This document shows, one piece after another, positions 37,801 to 49,800 of a stretch of 64,000 nt of DNA. Each line of letters opens with the position of its first letter. The stretch's first letter is position 1. Position numbers and translations under genes: made by a program. The notes beneath the pieces were generated by a model. It saw nothing but the letters and a program-made list of their open reading frames with translations. It searched no databases and was not told where the DNA came from. Source of the stretch: Macrostomum lignano (Eukaryota); NCBI GenBank assembly GCA_002269645.1, contig NIVC01001588.1:115204-179203 (forward strand), in the 5' to 3' direction.

Positions 37801-40800
37801 GCGCCGCATGGGCTCCAAGAACGCGCGACGCATACCGATACGCCTTCTCAGGCTGGGAGGGCATCTGCAAACGACGGGGCACCTGCCCGTCAAAAGCGCC
37901 TGGCCTTGAAGTCGCCGCCTTCGTGGGATTCCTGCACCACGACGGGCAGGTTGGCGACTCGGCAGTCCAGCACGCTCTGGCCGTCATCAGCTGGGCTCAT
38001 CGACTGGCGAACCGGCCAGACACGACCACCTGCGCTATCGTGCAACTGGCAGTGCGAGGTGTCAGACGCCAGCGAGCGGCAATACAGCAGTGCCGAACAG
38101 CGAAGCCGCTGGCCAAAGAGGTCCTATTACGCATTTACCTGTCAGCCACTTAGCCCAGAGCAGCGCTGCTTCTGGGCCGCCCTGCTGTGCGGCTTCTTCG
38201 GCCTGCTCAGATGCGCTAACCTGTTCTCACTGCGCTCATTGGCCCGCGCAAGTGACCTGCAGTGGAACACCGACGGAGCCCGGCTCCGCATCCGGGTGTC
38301 CAAAACCAATCATCTGGGGCAACGGGACCAGTACCAGGTATGTCCAGCTGCCAAGACTGGCCAGAGGACATCCGCTCTGTCCGGCGGAGGCACTCGCTAA
38401 ACACCTGTTGAGCAACGGTATCTGCCCGACCAAGACACCCGACTGGCCACCGTTCAGCTTCCGCTGTAGCCGCGGTCGGCGTGTCATGTCAGCTGCAGGT
38501 TTCAACCAAATGCTTCGCCGATCCCTAGACGCTGCACGGATGCCATCCTGTCAGTTCTCCGGTCACTCGATGCGACGTGGCGGCACCTGCCACGCATTCG
38601 AGGCGGGCTTCGCGGTCGATGACGTGAAACAGCTTGGTGGCTGGCGCAGAAACGCCGTTCTGCGCTATTTGCCGCTCTCTGGCGGCTCTCGACGCGTTGT
38701 GGGAGTTTTGGCGGCTGCCGTCTAAGTCTAACTTTCTGCTTAACTGACTGCGTCTCCCTCGGCTTTTCTCCTTTTTTGTCTGGTGTTTGGCCTGTTCCGC
38801 CCTGGTTCGTCTCCCTCGCCCGTGTCGTACTTTCGCCTAAAATTCCTCGGCGTCGTTCGTTAAGTGGTGAGTTAGCGAATGCATCGGGGAGGGGCCGCAT
38901 CGGAGAGGGCTCACTCTCGAATTCACCATTGAGCTGGCTGCTGATCTTGTGTATGAAAAAACCAATTCACCTCCTTTCTCTAAAGCCACTTTTAAGAAGA
39001 TGCTCAAATTCGCCACCTCCGGCATCTTTCTTTTTCGGGACAAAAATTACAGACAGATTGATGGGTGTGCCATGGGCAGCCCTCTCGCCCCAACCCTCGC
39101 TAATTTGTGCATGGCTCACTGGGAAAAGGACTGGATGGCCCTCCCTTGTGCGCCTCACTTCTACAAACGCTACGTCGATGACACGTTTGCGATCTTTGAG
39201 GACGAAGCTAAGAAGGACAAGTTTTTTAAGTTAATCAATTCTACTCATGAGAATATCAAATTCACGGTGGAGGGGGGAGGCAGAAGACTTCCTTTCTTAG
39301 ACATTGACGTTGACGCCACCGATGAAACTATTTCGACCAGCGTGTATAGGAAACCTGGCTTTACCGGGCTTATGCTTAGGTTTGACGCCTTGTGCCCTAG
39401 ACAATGGAAAACCGGATTGATTTGTTGCTTTCTTCAACGGGCTTTTTCCACTTGCAGCTCTTGGAGACTTTTCCACAACGAAGTTGAAATCCTCATTAAT
39501 CTGCTCAGCTACAATGGCTATCCTAAGAACTTTGTGATGAAAATTGTCAACTCTTTTCTCAATGACAAACTGACTGAACCTACTCGGATGAAAGTTCGTG
39601 ATTCCACCTCTGAATGTCCCTTGATCACTTTGCCTTACTTTGGTGTTTGTTCTATAGAGTTTAAAAAGAAGTTAGAAAGGCTGCTACGTAAAGACTTAAA
39701 CACTCAAATCCGTGTTGTGTTTCGCACCGAAAAGATTGCTAAGTTCGTCTGCAAGTTGAAATCCAGTGTTCCACGTCCTCTCGCGGCTGGTGTCGTGTAT
39801 GAATTTGTTTGCTCTGAGGACCAGAGCATCTCCTACATAGGAAAAACTAAACGACACTTATACACGAGCGTCAGAGAGCACTGGCTAAAAAACTCTGCTA
39901 TTAACGAACACCTGCTAACCTGCAATTCCTGTTGTGAGGCTGAACCACACGAAATGATAAAGGCTATTGATTTTTGTAATAGAGATCACATGCTCTGCCT
40001 ATTAGAAGCCCTGTACATTAAGACCAAACAGCCCACGTTAAATAACCAACTTGCGATGGGTGGGGCTAGCCGTCAACTCAGAATTTTTTAGCTGATTTGT
40101 CAATGACCGGACTGGCTTGAAACTGATTTGCACTTTACCCAACCAATACTGTATCAAAAAATTGATTACTATGTACAAGTTTTAAACCATCAATTAAAAA
40201 CTCAATTCAACTACTCTTGTTACTCTCAACTATCTATATATACTGAATATTCGTTCAAATTGTTTCTTAAATAAAAAGACCCTGACGATGTCCTAATGCA
40301 AATGGACGAAATGCATCGGCAACTCAAATAAATAAACAACTAACTTCATGTTGATATTTACCTTTATTTATCTACTCTTCATCAAGCGAGCCACTTTACC
40401 TGTTTGATATAAATATGTAGTTTTTAGGGCTGAACAAACTTTCTACTAGTTGTGTATTTCAGTTACCTCATTTAATGCCTGTAGAAAACCGAACCTCGAC
40501 CTAATACTGTGATCAAAGCAGGTAGATTACGTCGTAGATAGAGACCTAATTCGTTTCAAAAGTAAAATATTCAGCAAAAATATTTCTACAGTTTAATTTC
40601 TAGCGAAACTCTGTCTGATTATTGTTTCTGATTATTTGGAACTCAATCAATTTTTCGAAGATCGAAGTAAGCACTGTAACTAACTTGCCTCGAACTAATT
40701 CGCTAGAGAACTGTATGACGGTGTATGAGTGTGTGGGCTCTCCGTTGTGCGTGTTCTGTCTCGCGGGGTGGTGGGTGCTTGTGTCCCCCACACCCCGGCC

Positions 40801-43800
40801 CTTAGGGAGTTTTTTAGGCCGCGCGGGGCTGCTCTGACCCGGCTATCCTGCCTCGCGTTTGCAAGCTCCTTCTTTCCTCGGCGTCGTTTGTTAACAAGCG
40901 ATCTACGCTCCAACAAGGTTCGACCAAACACCTGTGTTCTCCAAAGCCTTCAGCCATGTCAGGCCTCAGAGTATTGAATGCCTGCACTGTCCCGCTGCTG
41001 CTGCTGCTGGCCGCGACACTCGACTCCGCCAAGACCAGAGACCCCTTCTACATCATCGCCCACATGACCAACAGTCCGCACTCACTCGACTGGTCCATGA
41101 GGCAGGGCGCCAACGCTGTGGAGGTGGACATCCAGTTTGACGGACGCGGCAACCCGACTGAGTTCGAGCACCGCTGGTTGTGCGACTGCAGTTGTCCGCA
41201 CCCGAGAAGCTACCACATCTGCAGCCACTCGCTCAGGGGCTGCTCAGGCAGGGGCGCCAGTGCTAGCGCTGCCAGCCACCTGCGCCACATGGCGAGGCTG
41301 CCTGGACTCGCTCTCGTCATCCTGGACGGCAAGGTGAACTCAAAGTGGGGCGACAGACTCGCCACTGCTGGCGCCAACCTTGCTAGGTTGGTGGAGCGAG
41401 AGCTCTTCGGTAACGGCTACCGCGCCAACGTCGTCATCTCGGCCGGCAAGATCAACTGCTTCGAGTATGTCTACGCCGCGGCAAAGACCGCCAGCGGATT
41501 CAGCAACAAAGACCGCTACTACTTCGCATTCGACCAGGAGGACGATAAGTACAGCTCCGTAGCTGCCATGCTGTCCAGATTCACCCGGAAGCGCGCATTC
41601 GGCACCGGAATCAGCGCCTGCCTGCCTGGCACCTACTACAGCGGCATCAGGCAGGCCGAGGCCAGCGTTCGCAACGGCGAGATCGGCCTGACCTACATCT
41701 GGACGCTGGACAAAGAGTCCTCCATGAAGTCCTACATCAACCTGGGAGTGAACGGCATCATCACCAACCGGCCTGGACTGCTCAAGAAGCTGGCGGGAAA
41801 CCTCGGACTGCGACTCGCCAAGCCTGGAGACGCCATCCCGACCGCTAGGACGGACGTGAGCTCGCCGAACAACTGCGACTGCGACTATCACTGGGGCGGC
41901 TGCACCATCTCCTCTCCCGCTCCGCCGTTCAAGGCCTGCCGCTGCAAGTACAAGGGCTTCTGGACCTGCGGCGGCTCGGTTGTGAGCTGCAACAGCTCCC
42001 ATTTCAAGTGCAGAAACCCCGACGGGTCCAAGGAATCTTGCAAGCTTGGCGGTGGTGACTGCGGCGGCTATCGCTGAGGACTGAAGAATTCCGAGTTTTT
42101 AAAGACTAGTTCTGAAGATTATCCATACATTTGAGGATTTTTGATGAAAAAAACGATTTGATGTCGCTCAACTTCAATTGCTTTTCATCACTAATTTTTT
42201 TATAATCGATTCATGACATGATAATTTTTTAGGGGAGATGTCAAAAAAGGCTTTTTGGATGCCCACGAAATCAAAAAAGCAATAACCATCGGTATAAGAA
42301 GACAGATTTTTTTACCTGCTAATAATGTTAATACAAAGGTGCCAGTTCAGGTGTTGGTGCTTACAAATTAAGAGTTATATTTTTCCCAATAATCTTTAGA
42401 GTAAGATTGCTTAGCAAATCGTTCAGGGCAACTGAAAATCCTTCAGGACAACTACAAATCTTTAGTTTGTTTGCAAATCCTTCAGGACAATTGAAAATCC
42501 TTCAGGACAATTGCAAATCCTTCAGGACAACTGAAAATCCTTCAGGACAATTGCAAATCCTTCAGGACAACTGAAAATCCTTCAGGACAATTGCAAATCC
42601 TTCAGGACAATTGCAAATCCTTCAGGACAATTGCAAATCCTTCAGGACAATTGCAAATCCTTCAGGACAATTGCAAATCCTTCAGGACAATTGCAAATCC
42701 TTCAGGACAATTGCAAATCCTTCAGGACAATTGCAAATCCTTCAGGACAATTGCAAATCCTTCAAGAAACTGCAAATATTTTAGCACGATTTGAAATCCC
42801 TCATGACAACTAAAAGTAACTCAGGACAACTAAAAATCCTTCACGACAACTAAAAGTAACTCAGGACAACTAAAAATCCTTCAGGACAACTAAAAGTAAC
42901 TCAGGACAACTAAAAATCCTTCAGGACAACTAAAATCCTTCAGGACAACTACAAATCCTTCAGGACAACTACAAATCCTTCAGGACAACTACAAATCCTT
43001 CAGGACAACTACAAATCCTTCAGGACAGCTACAAATCCTTCAAGACAACTAAAAATCCTTCAGGACAACTTGAAAATCCTTCAGGACAACTCAAAAATCC
43101 TTCAGGACAACTCAAAAATTCTTCAGGACAACTCAAAATTCCTTCAGAACAACTCAAAAATCCTTCAGAACAACTGCATATCCTTCAGGGCTGCTATGAA
43201 TCGTTCGGGACTGCCTCATACCCCTAAGGAATACTCCAAACCCTTTCGCACCTGATATTCCAAGAAAGCCTCAACCCTCACCTGCAGTTCGGCAACGCGA
43301 GACTCAGCAAAAGTCTTGGCGTGCTCGGCCACCAGCCGGTCCAGCTCGCGCTTGTGCGCCGCCGCCACTTCAGCCAGTTTGGCGTCCGCCCGGCGCCGGG
43401 ATTCAACCACCAGGTTGCGCTCCGTGGCCAGCTCGGCTCTGGCCGACGCTAAGCTGGTCTCCATGGCAACCAACTGTTGGCGCAGGCCGTCCGTTTGGCG
43501 TTGATGCTTTTCAACGGCCGTCTGCAGCTTGGCGGAGTAGGCCTGGAGGAGTGGGGAAGAGCGCGTCGGGTATGCGTAAATGAATCCGATATAATGCTGT
43601 CTAAGATGTAACACTCATGTCTAACAGGTGCGACACTTATGTCTAACAGATGTAACACTCATGTCTAACAGGTGCGACACTTATGTCTAACAGGTGTAAC
43701 ACTCATGTCTAACAGGTGCGACACTTATGTCTAACAGGTGTAACACTCATGTCTAACAGGTGCGACACTTATGTCTAACAGGTGTAACACTCATGTCTAA

Positions 43801-46800
43801 CAGGTGCGACACTTATGTCTAACAGGTGTAACACTCATGTCTAACAGGTGCGACACTTATGTCTAACAGGTGTAACACTCATGTCTAACAGGTGCGACAC
43901 TTGTCTAACAGGTGTGACACTCATGTCTAAAAGGTGTGACACTTGTCTAACAGGTGTAACACTCGTGTCTAACAGGTGTGACACTTGTCTAACAGGTGTG
44001 ACAATGTCTAACAGATGTGACACCCATGTCTAACAGGTGTAACACTCATGTCTAACAGGTGCGACACTTGTCTAACAGGTGTGACACTCATGTCTAAAAG
44101 GTGTGACACTTGTCTAACAGGTGTAACACTCGTGTCTAACAGGTGTGACACTTGTCTAACAGGTGTGACAATGTCTAACAGATGTGACACCCATGTCTAA
44201 CAGGTGTGACACTCATGTCTAACAGGTGCGACACTTGTCTAACAGGTGTGACACTCATGTCTAAAAGGTGTGACACTTGTCTAACAGGTGTAACACTCGT
44301 GTCTAACAGGTGTGACACTTGTCTAACAGGTGTGACACTCATGTCTAACAGTGTGACACCCATGTTTAACAGGTGTTACACTGTATGTCTAACAGGTGCG
44401 ACACTTGTCTAACAGGTGCGACACTTGTCTAACAGGTGTGACACTCATGTCTAAAAGGTGTGACACTTGTCTAACAGGTGTAACACTCGTGTCTAACAGG
44501 TGTGACAATGTCTAACAGATGTGACACCCATGTCTAACAGGTGTGACACTCATGTCTAACAGGTGCGACACTTGTCTAACAGGTGTAACACTCGTGTCTA
44601 ACAGGTGTGACACTTGTCTAACAGGTGTGACACTCATGTCTAACAGGTGTGACACCAATGTCTAACAGGTGTGACACTCATGTCTAACAGGTGCGACACT
44701 TGTCTAACAGGTGTGACACTTGTCTAACAGGTGTGACACTCATGTCTAAAAGGTGTGACACTTGTCTAACAGGTGTAACACTCGTGTCTAACAGGTGTGA
44801 CACTTGTCTAACAGGTGTGACAATGTCTAACAGATGTGACACCGATGTCTAACAGGTGTGACACTCGTATCTAACAGGTGTGACACTTAAGTCTAACAGG
44901 TGTGACACTCGTATCTAACAGGTGTGACACTCATGTCTAACAGGTGTGACACTCTTGTTGTCTAACAGGTGTGACACTCATGTCTAACAGGTGTGACAAG
45001 CGACATTAGTAACAAAAAGGTAAAAGTGACAAGCTGTCTAAAGCCAGTCAAATTTAATCAGTCAGTCCAGCAGCCCACCTGTTTCTCCCTGTCCTTGTCG
45101 GCCTCCCGCTCCCGCCTGGCCCGGTCCAGCTCCGCCTGTTTCTCGCGAAGCTCGCGCTGCAGCGCCTCGGCTCTGGCGAGCGCACGACGCTCGTTCTGCG
45201 TCTGCGCCGCCTCGCTGGCGGCCTCCGCTCGGACTCGCTCGATTTCGCGATCTTTTTCTAGCATCTTCTCGCGATGCCGGACCCGCAGGGCTTCCAGTTC
45301 GCGTTGTAGCGAAGTCAGCGACCCGTGCGGGCGGCCCTGGGCGTCTTTGAAACGCTTGAGGTCGGATTCCAGCACCTGGGTTGGGCGGAGGCGGTTGGGT
45401 TTTAGACTTAGGAAGCTTGGGTGAGAGGGCGATTCTAGAGGGGTTAAAGGGCGATTCTCGGAGGGGGGGGGGTTGGAGGGCGATTCTAGAGGGGTTGAAG
45501 GGCGATTCTCTGGGGGGGGGGGTTGAAGGGCGATTCTTTGGAGGGGTTGGAGGGGGATTCTCTGGGGGGGGGGGGTTAAAGGGCGATTCTTTGGAGGGGT
45601 TGGAGGGGGATTCTCTGGAGATGTTGGAGGCGATTCTCTGAAGGCGTGGAGGGCGATTCTTTATAGGGGTTGAGGGCGATTCTCTGGAGGTGTTGGAGGC
45701 GATTCTTTGGAGGGGTTGGAGGGCGATTCTGGAGGGGTTGGAGGGCGATTCTTTGGGGGGTGGAGGGCGATTCTCTGAAGGCGTGGAGGTCGATTCTTTG
45801 GAAGGGTTGGAGGGCGATTCTTTGGAGGGGTTGAAGGGCGATTCTCTGGAGATGTTGGAGGCGATTATCTGAAGGCGTGGAGGGCGATTCTTTGGAAGGG
45901 TTGGAGGGCGATTCTTTATAGGGGTTGAGGGCGATTCTCTGGAGGTGTTGGAGGCGATTCTTTATAGGGGTTGAGTGCGATTCTCTGGAGGGGTGGGAGG
46001 TGATTCTTTGGAGGGGTTGGAGATGATTCTAGAGGGGTTGAACGGTGATTCTCTGGAGTGGTTGGAGGTGATTCTTTGGAGGGGTGAAGGGCGATTCTTC
46101 GGAGGAGTTGGAGGGCGATTCTTCGGAAGGGTTGGAGGGCGATTCGGGAGGGGTTGGAGGGCGATTCTGGAGGGGTTGGAGGGCGATTCTCTAGAGTGGT
46201 TGGAGGGCGATTCTCTGGAGGGATCGGAGGCCGATTCTCTGGGTGGGTTGGAGAGCGATTTTAGAGACAGCTAAAACTACAAGGCAATAACAGGCCATGA
46301 AATGAACAACACGGATTATTCGGCAGGCGCCGTTTATAAGCCGACAGGACGAATTCAGTTTCACCCACCTGAATGCGACTCTCGTAGTCCTCCTTGGCGG
46401 CCTCGTAGCGCTGTCGCAGAGCGCGCAGCGATCGAACCTCGGCGGACTCGCGCTCGGACAGTCGGGCTTCGAGCTCGCGGCAGCGACGCTCCAGGTGCTC
46501 CCTGGTGGCGTTCGAGCTGGCCGGTCCGACTGCGCCTGCGAGGCTGTCGGCGACGGCGTCACCGCGTCGACGCGTCGCCGTTAGAATCGACTCGAGCTCG
46601 CGGACCTTGAAAGTTAATTTTACCGTAAGAAAACACATTGTCGCTATTTCTTTTTAAAAAAGGCACTCCTACCTTTAGTAGCTAGAATACTTTATGGGCC
46701 CGTGAGCCTTGGCATCTGAGCAGTTCCCCATCATGTGGCATCTGAGCAGTTCCCCATCGTGTGGCATCTGAGCAGTTCCCCATCATGTGGCATCTGGGCA

Positions 46801-49800
46801 GTTCCCCATCATGTGGCATCTGAGCAGTTCCCCATCATGTGGCATCTGAGCAGTTCCCCATCATGTGGCATCTGAGCAGTTCCCCATCATGTGGCATCTG
46901 AGCAGTTCCCATCATGTGGCATCTGAGCAGTTCCCATCATGTGGCATCTGAGCAGTTCCCCATCATTAGTTTTGGCATCCAAGCAGTTCCCCCATCATGT
47001 GGCATCTGAGCAGTTCCCCATCATGTGGCATCTGAGCAGTTCCCATCATGTGGCATCTGAGCAGTTCCCATCATGTGGCATCTGAGCAGTTCCCCATCAT
47101 TAGTTTTGGCATCCAAGCAGTTCCCCCATCATGTGGCATCTGAGCAGTTCCCCATCATGTGGCATCTGAGCAGTTCCCCATCATGTGGCATCTGAGCAGT
47201 TCCCCATCATAAACCTTGGCATCTGAGCAGTTCCCCCATCATGAGCCTTGGCATCTGAGCAGTTCCCCCATTATGAGCCTTGGCATCTGAGCAGTTCCCC
47301 CATCATGAGCCTTGGCATCTGAGCAGTTCCCCCATCATGAGCCTTGGCATCTGAGCAGTTCCCCCATCATGAGCCTTGGCATCTGAGCAGTTCCCCCATC
47401 ATGAGCCTTGGCATCTGAGCAGTTCCCCCATCATGAGCCTTGGCATCTGAGCAGTTCCCCCATCATGAGCCTTGGCATCTGAGCAGTTCCCCCATCATGA
47501 GCCTTGGCATCTGAGCAGTTCCCCCATCATGAGCCTTGGCATCTGAGCAGTTCCCCCATCATGAGCCTTGGCATCTGAGCAGTTCCCCCATCATGAGCCT
47601 TGGCATCTGAGCAGTTCCCCCATCATGAGCCTTGGCATCTGAGCAGTTCCCCCATCATGAGCCTTGGCATCTGAGCAGTTCCCCATCATGAGCCTTGGCA
47701 TCTGAGCAGTCCCCCCATCATGAGCCTTGGCATCTGAGCAGTTCCCCATCATGAGCCTTGGCATCTGAGCAGTTCCCCCATCATGAGCCTTGGCATCTGA
47801 GCAGTTCCCCATCATGTGGCATCTGAGCAGTTCCCCATCATGTGGCATCTGAGCAGTTCCACATCATGTGGCATCTGAGCAGTTCCCCATCATGTGGCAT
47901 CTGAGCAGTTCCCATCATGTGGCATCTGAGCAGTTCCCCCATCATGAGCCTTGGCATCTGAGCAGTTTCCCCATCATGAGCCTTGGCATCTGAGCAGTTC
48001 CCCCATTATGAGCCTTGGCATCTGAGCAGTTCCCCATCATGAGCCTTGGCATCTGAGCAGTTCCCCCATCATGAGCCTTGGCATCTGAGCAGTTCCCCCA
48101 TCATGAGCCTTGGCATCTGAGCAGTTCCCCATCATGTGGCATCTGAGCAGTTCCCCATCATGTGGCATCTGAGCAGTTCCACATCATGTGGCATCTGAGC
48201 AGTTCCCCATCATGTGGCATCTGAGCAGTTCCCATCATGTGGCATCTGAGCAGTTCCCCCATCATGAGCCTTGGCATCTGAGCAGTTTCCCCATCATGAG
48301 CCTTGGCATCTGAGCAGTTCCCCCATTATGAGCCTTGGCATCTGAGCAGTTCCCCATCATGAGCCTTGGCATCTGAGCAGTTCCCCCATCATGAGCCTTG
48401 GCATCTGAGCAGTTCCCCCATCATGAGCCTTGGCATCTGAGCAGTTCCCCCATCATGAGCCTTGGCATCTGAGCAGTTCCCCCATCATGAGCCTTGGGCA
48501 TCTGAGCAGTTCCCCCATCATGAGCCTTGGCATCTGAGCAGTTCCCCCATCATGAGCCTTGGCATCTGAGCAGTTCCCCCATCATGAGCCTTGGCATCTG
48601 AGCAGTTCCCCCATCATGAGCCTTGGCATCTGAGCAGTTCCCCCATCATGAGCCTTGGCATCTGAGCAGTTCCCCCATCATGAGCCTTGGCATCTGAGCA
48701 GTTCCCCCATTATGAGCCTTGGCATCTGAGCAGTTCCCCCATCATGAGCCTTGGCATCTGAGCAGTTCCCCCATCATGAGCCTTGGCATCTGAGCAGTTC
48801 CCCCATCATGAGCCTTGGCATCTGAGCAGTTCCCCCATCATGAGCCTTGGCATCTGAGCAGTTCCCCCATCATGAGCCTTGGGCATCTGAGCAGTTCCCC
48901 CATCATGAGCCTTGGCATCTGAGCAGTTCCCCCATCATGAGCCTTGGCATCTGAGCAGTTCCCCCATCATGAGCCTTGGCATCTGAGCAGTTCCCCCATC
49001 ATGAGCCTTGGCATCTGAGCAGTTCCCCCATCATGAGCCTTGGCATCTGAGCAGTTCCCCCATCATGAGCCTTGGGCATCTGAGCAGTTCCCCCATCATG
49101 AGCCTTGGCATCTGAGCAGTTCCCCCATCATGAGCCTTGGCATCTGAGCAGTTCCCCCATCATGAGCCTTGGCATCTGAGCAGTTCCCCCATCATGAGCC
49201 TTGGCATCTGAGCAGTTCCCCCATCATGAGCCCCACCTGTCGCTCGAGGTCTTTAATGCGGGCAGCGGAGCCGCCGCCATCATCGTTTTCGAAGTCGCCG
49301 CCGTCAACCGCCTTGCCGCCCTGGCGTTTGCGACGCCTGTTGAGCAGCTCCAGCCGCTGCTTCTCTGAAGCTTCCAGACGGTCTCGCAGTTCAGCAATTG
49401 CCGCACTCTGCTCCCGGAGTTTTGCCTGGTCTTTGTCCACAAGGCGCTGGTTCTCAACAAACCATGTCACCTGTGGTTTTGTAAATGATATCGGTTAAAT
49501 ACGCCAAGTGAAGTAAACTATGATCATATACCATACGGGATCAGGGAGGGTGACAGCATCACTAGCTGACAGGATCAGGGAGGGTGACAGCATCACTAGC
49601 TGACAGGATCAGGGAGGGTGACAGCATCACTAGCTGACAGGATCAGGGAGGGTGACAGCATCACTAGCTGATAGGATCAGGGAGGGTGACAGCATCACTA
49701 GCTGACGGGATCAGGGAGGGGGACAGCATCACTAGCTGACAGAATCAGGGAGGGTGACAGCATCACTAGCTGACAGGATCAGGGAGGGTGACAGCATCAC

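Noticed and set aside
37485-42077. Prokaryotic integrase + RT + toxin island (retron or defence system)
   Set aside because: The RT is Penelope-type with GIY-YIG, the recombinase is DIRS-type and frameshifted, and the context is a spliceosomal intron of an animal gene.
43252-43281. Alternative CEP162 donor after VRVEAFLEYQ
   Set aside because: The upstream donor at 43282 (CAG|GTGAGG) fits the consensus better and aligns AELQ-ARLDSQE with vertebrate AEL...ATQE without an insertion.
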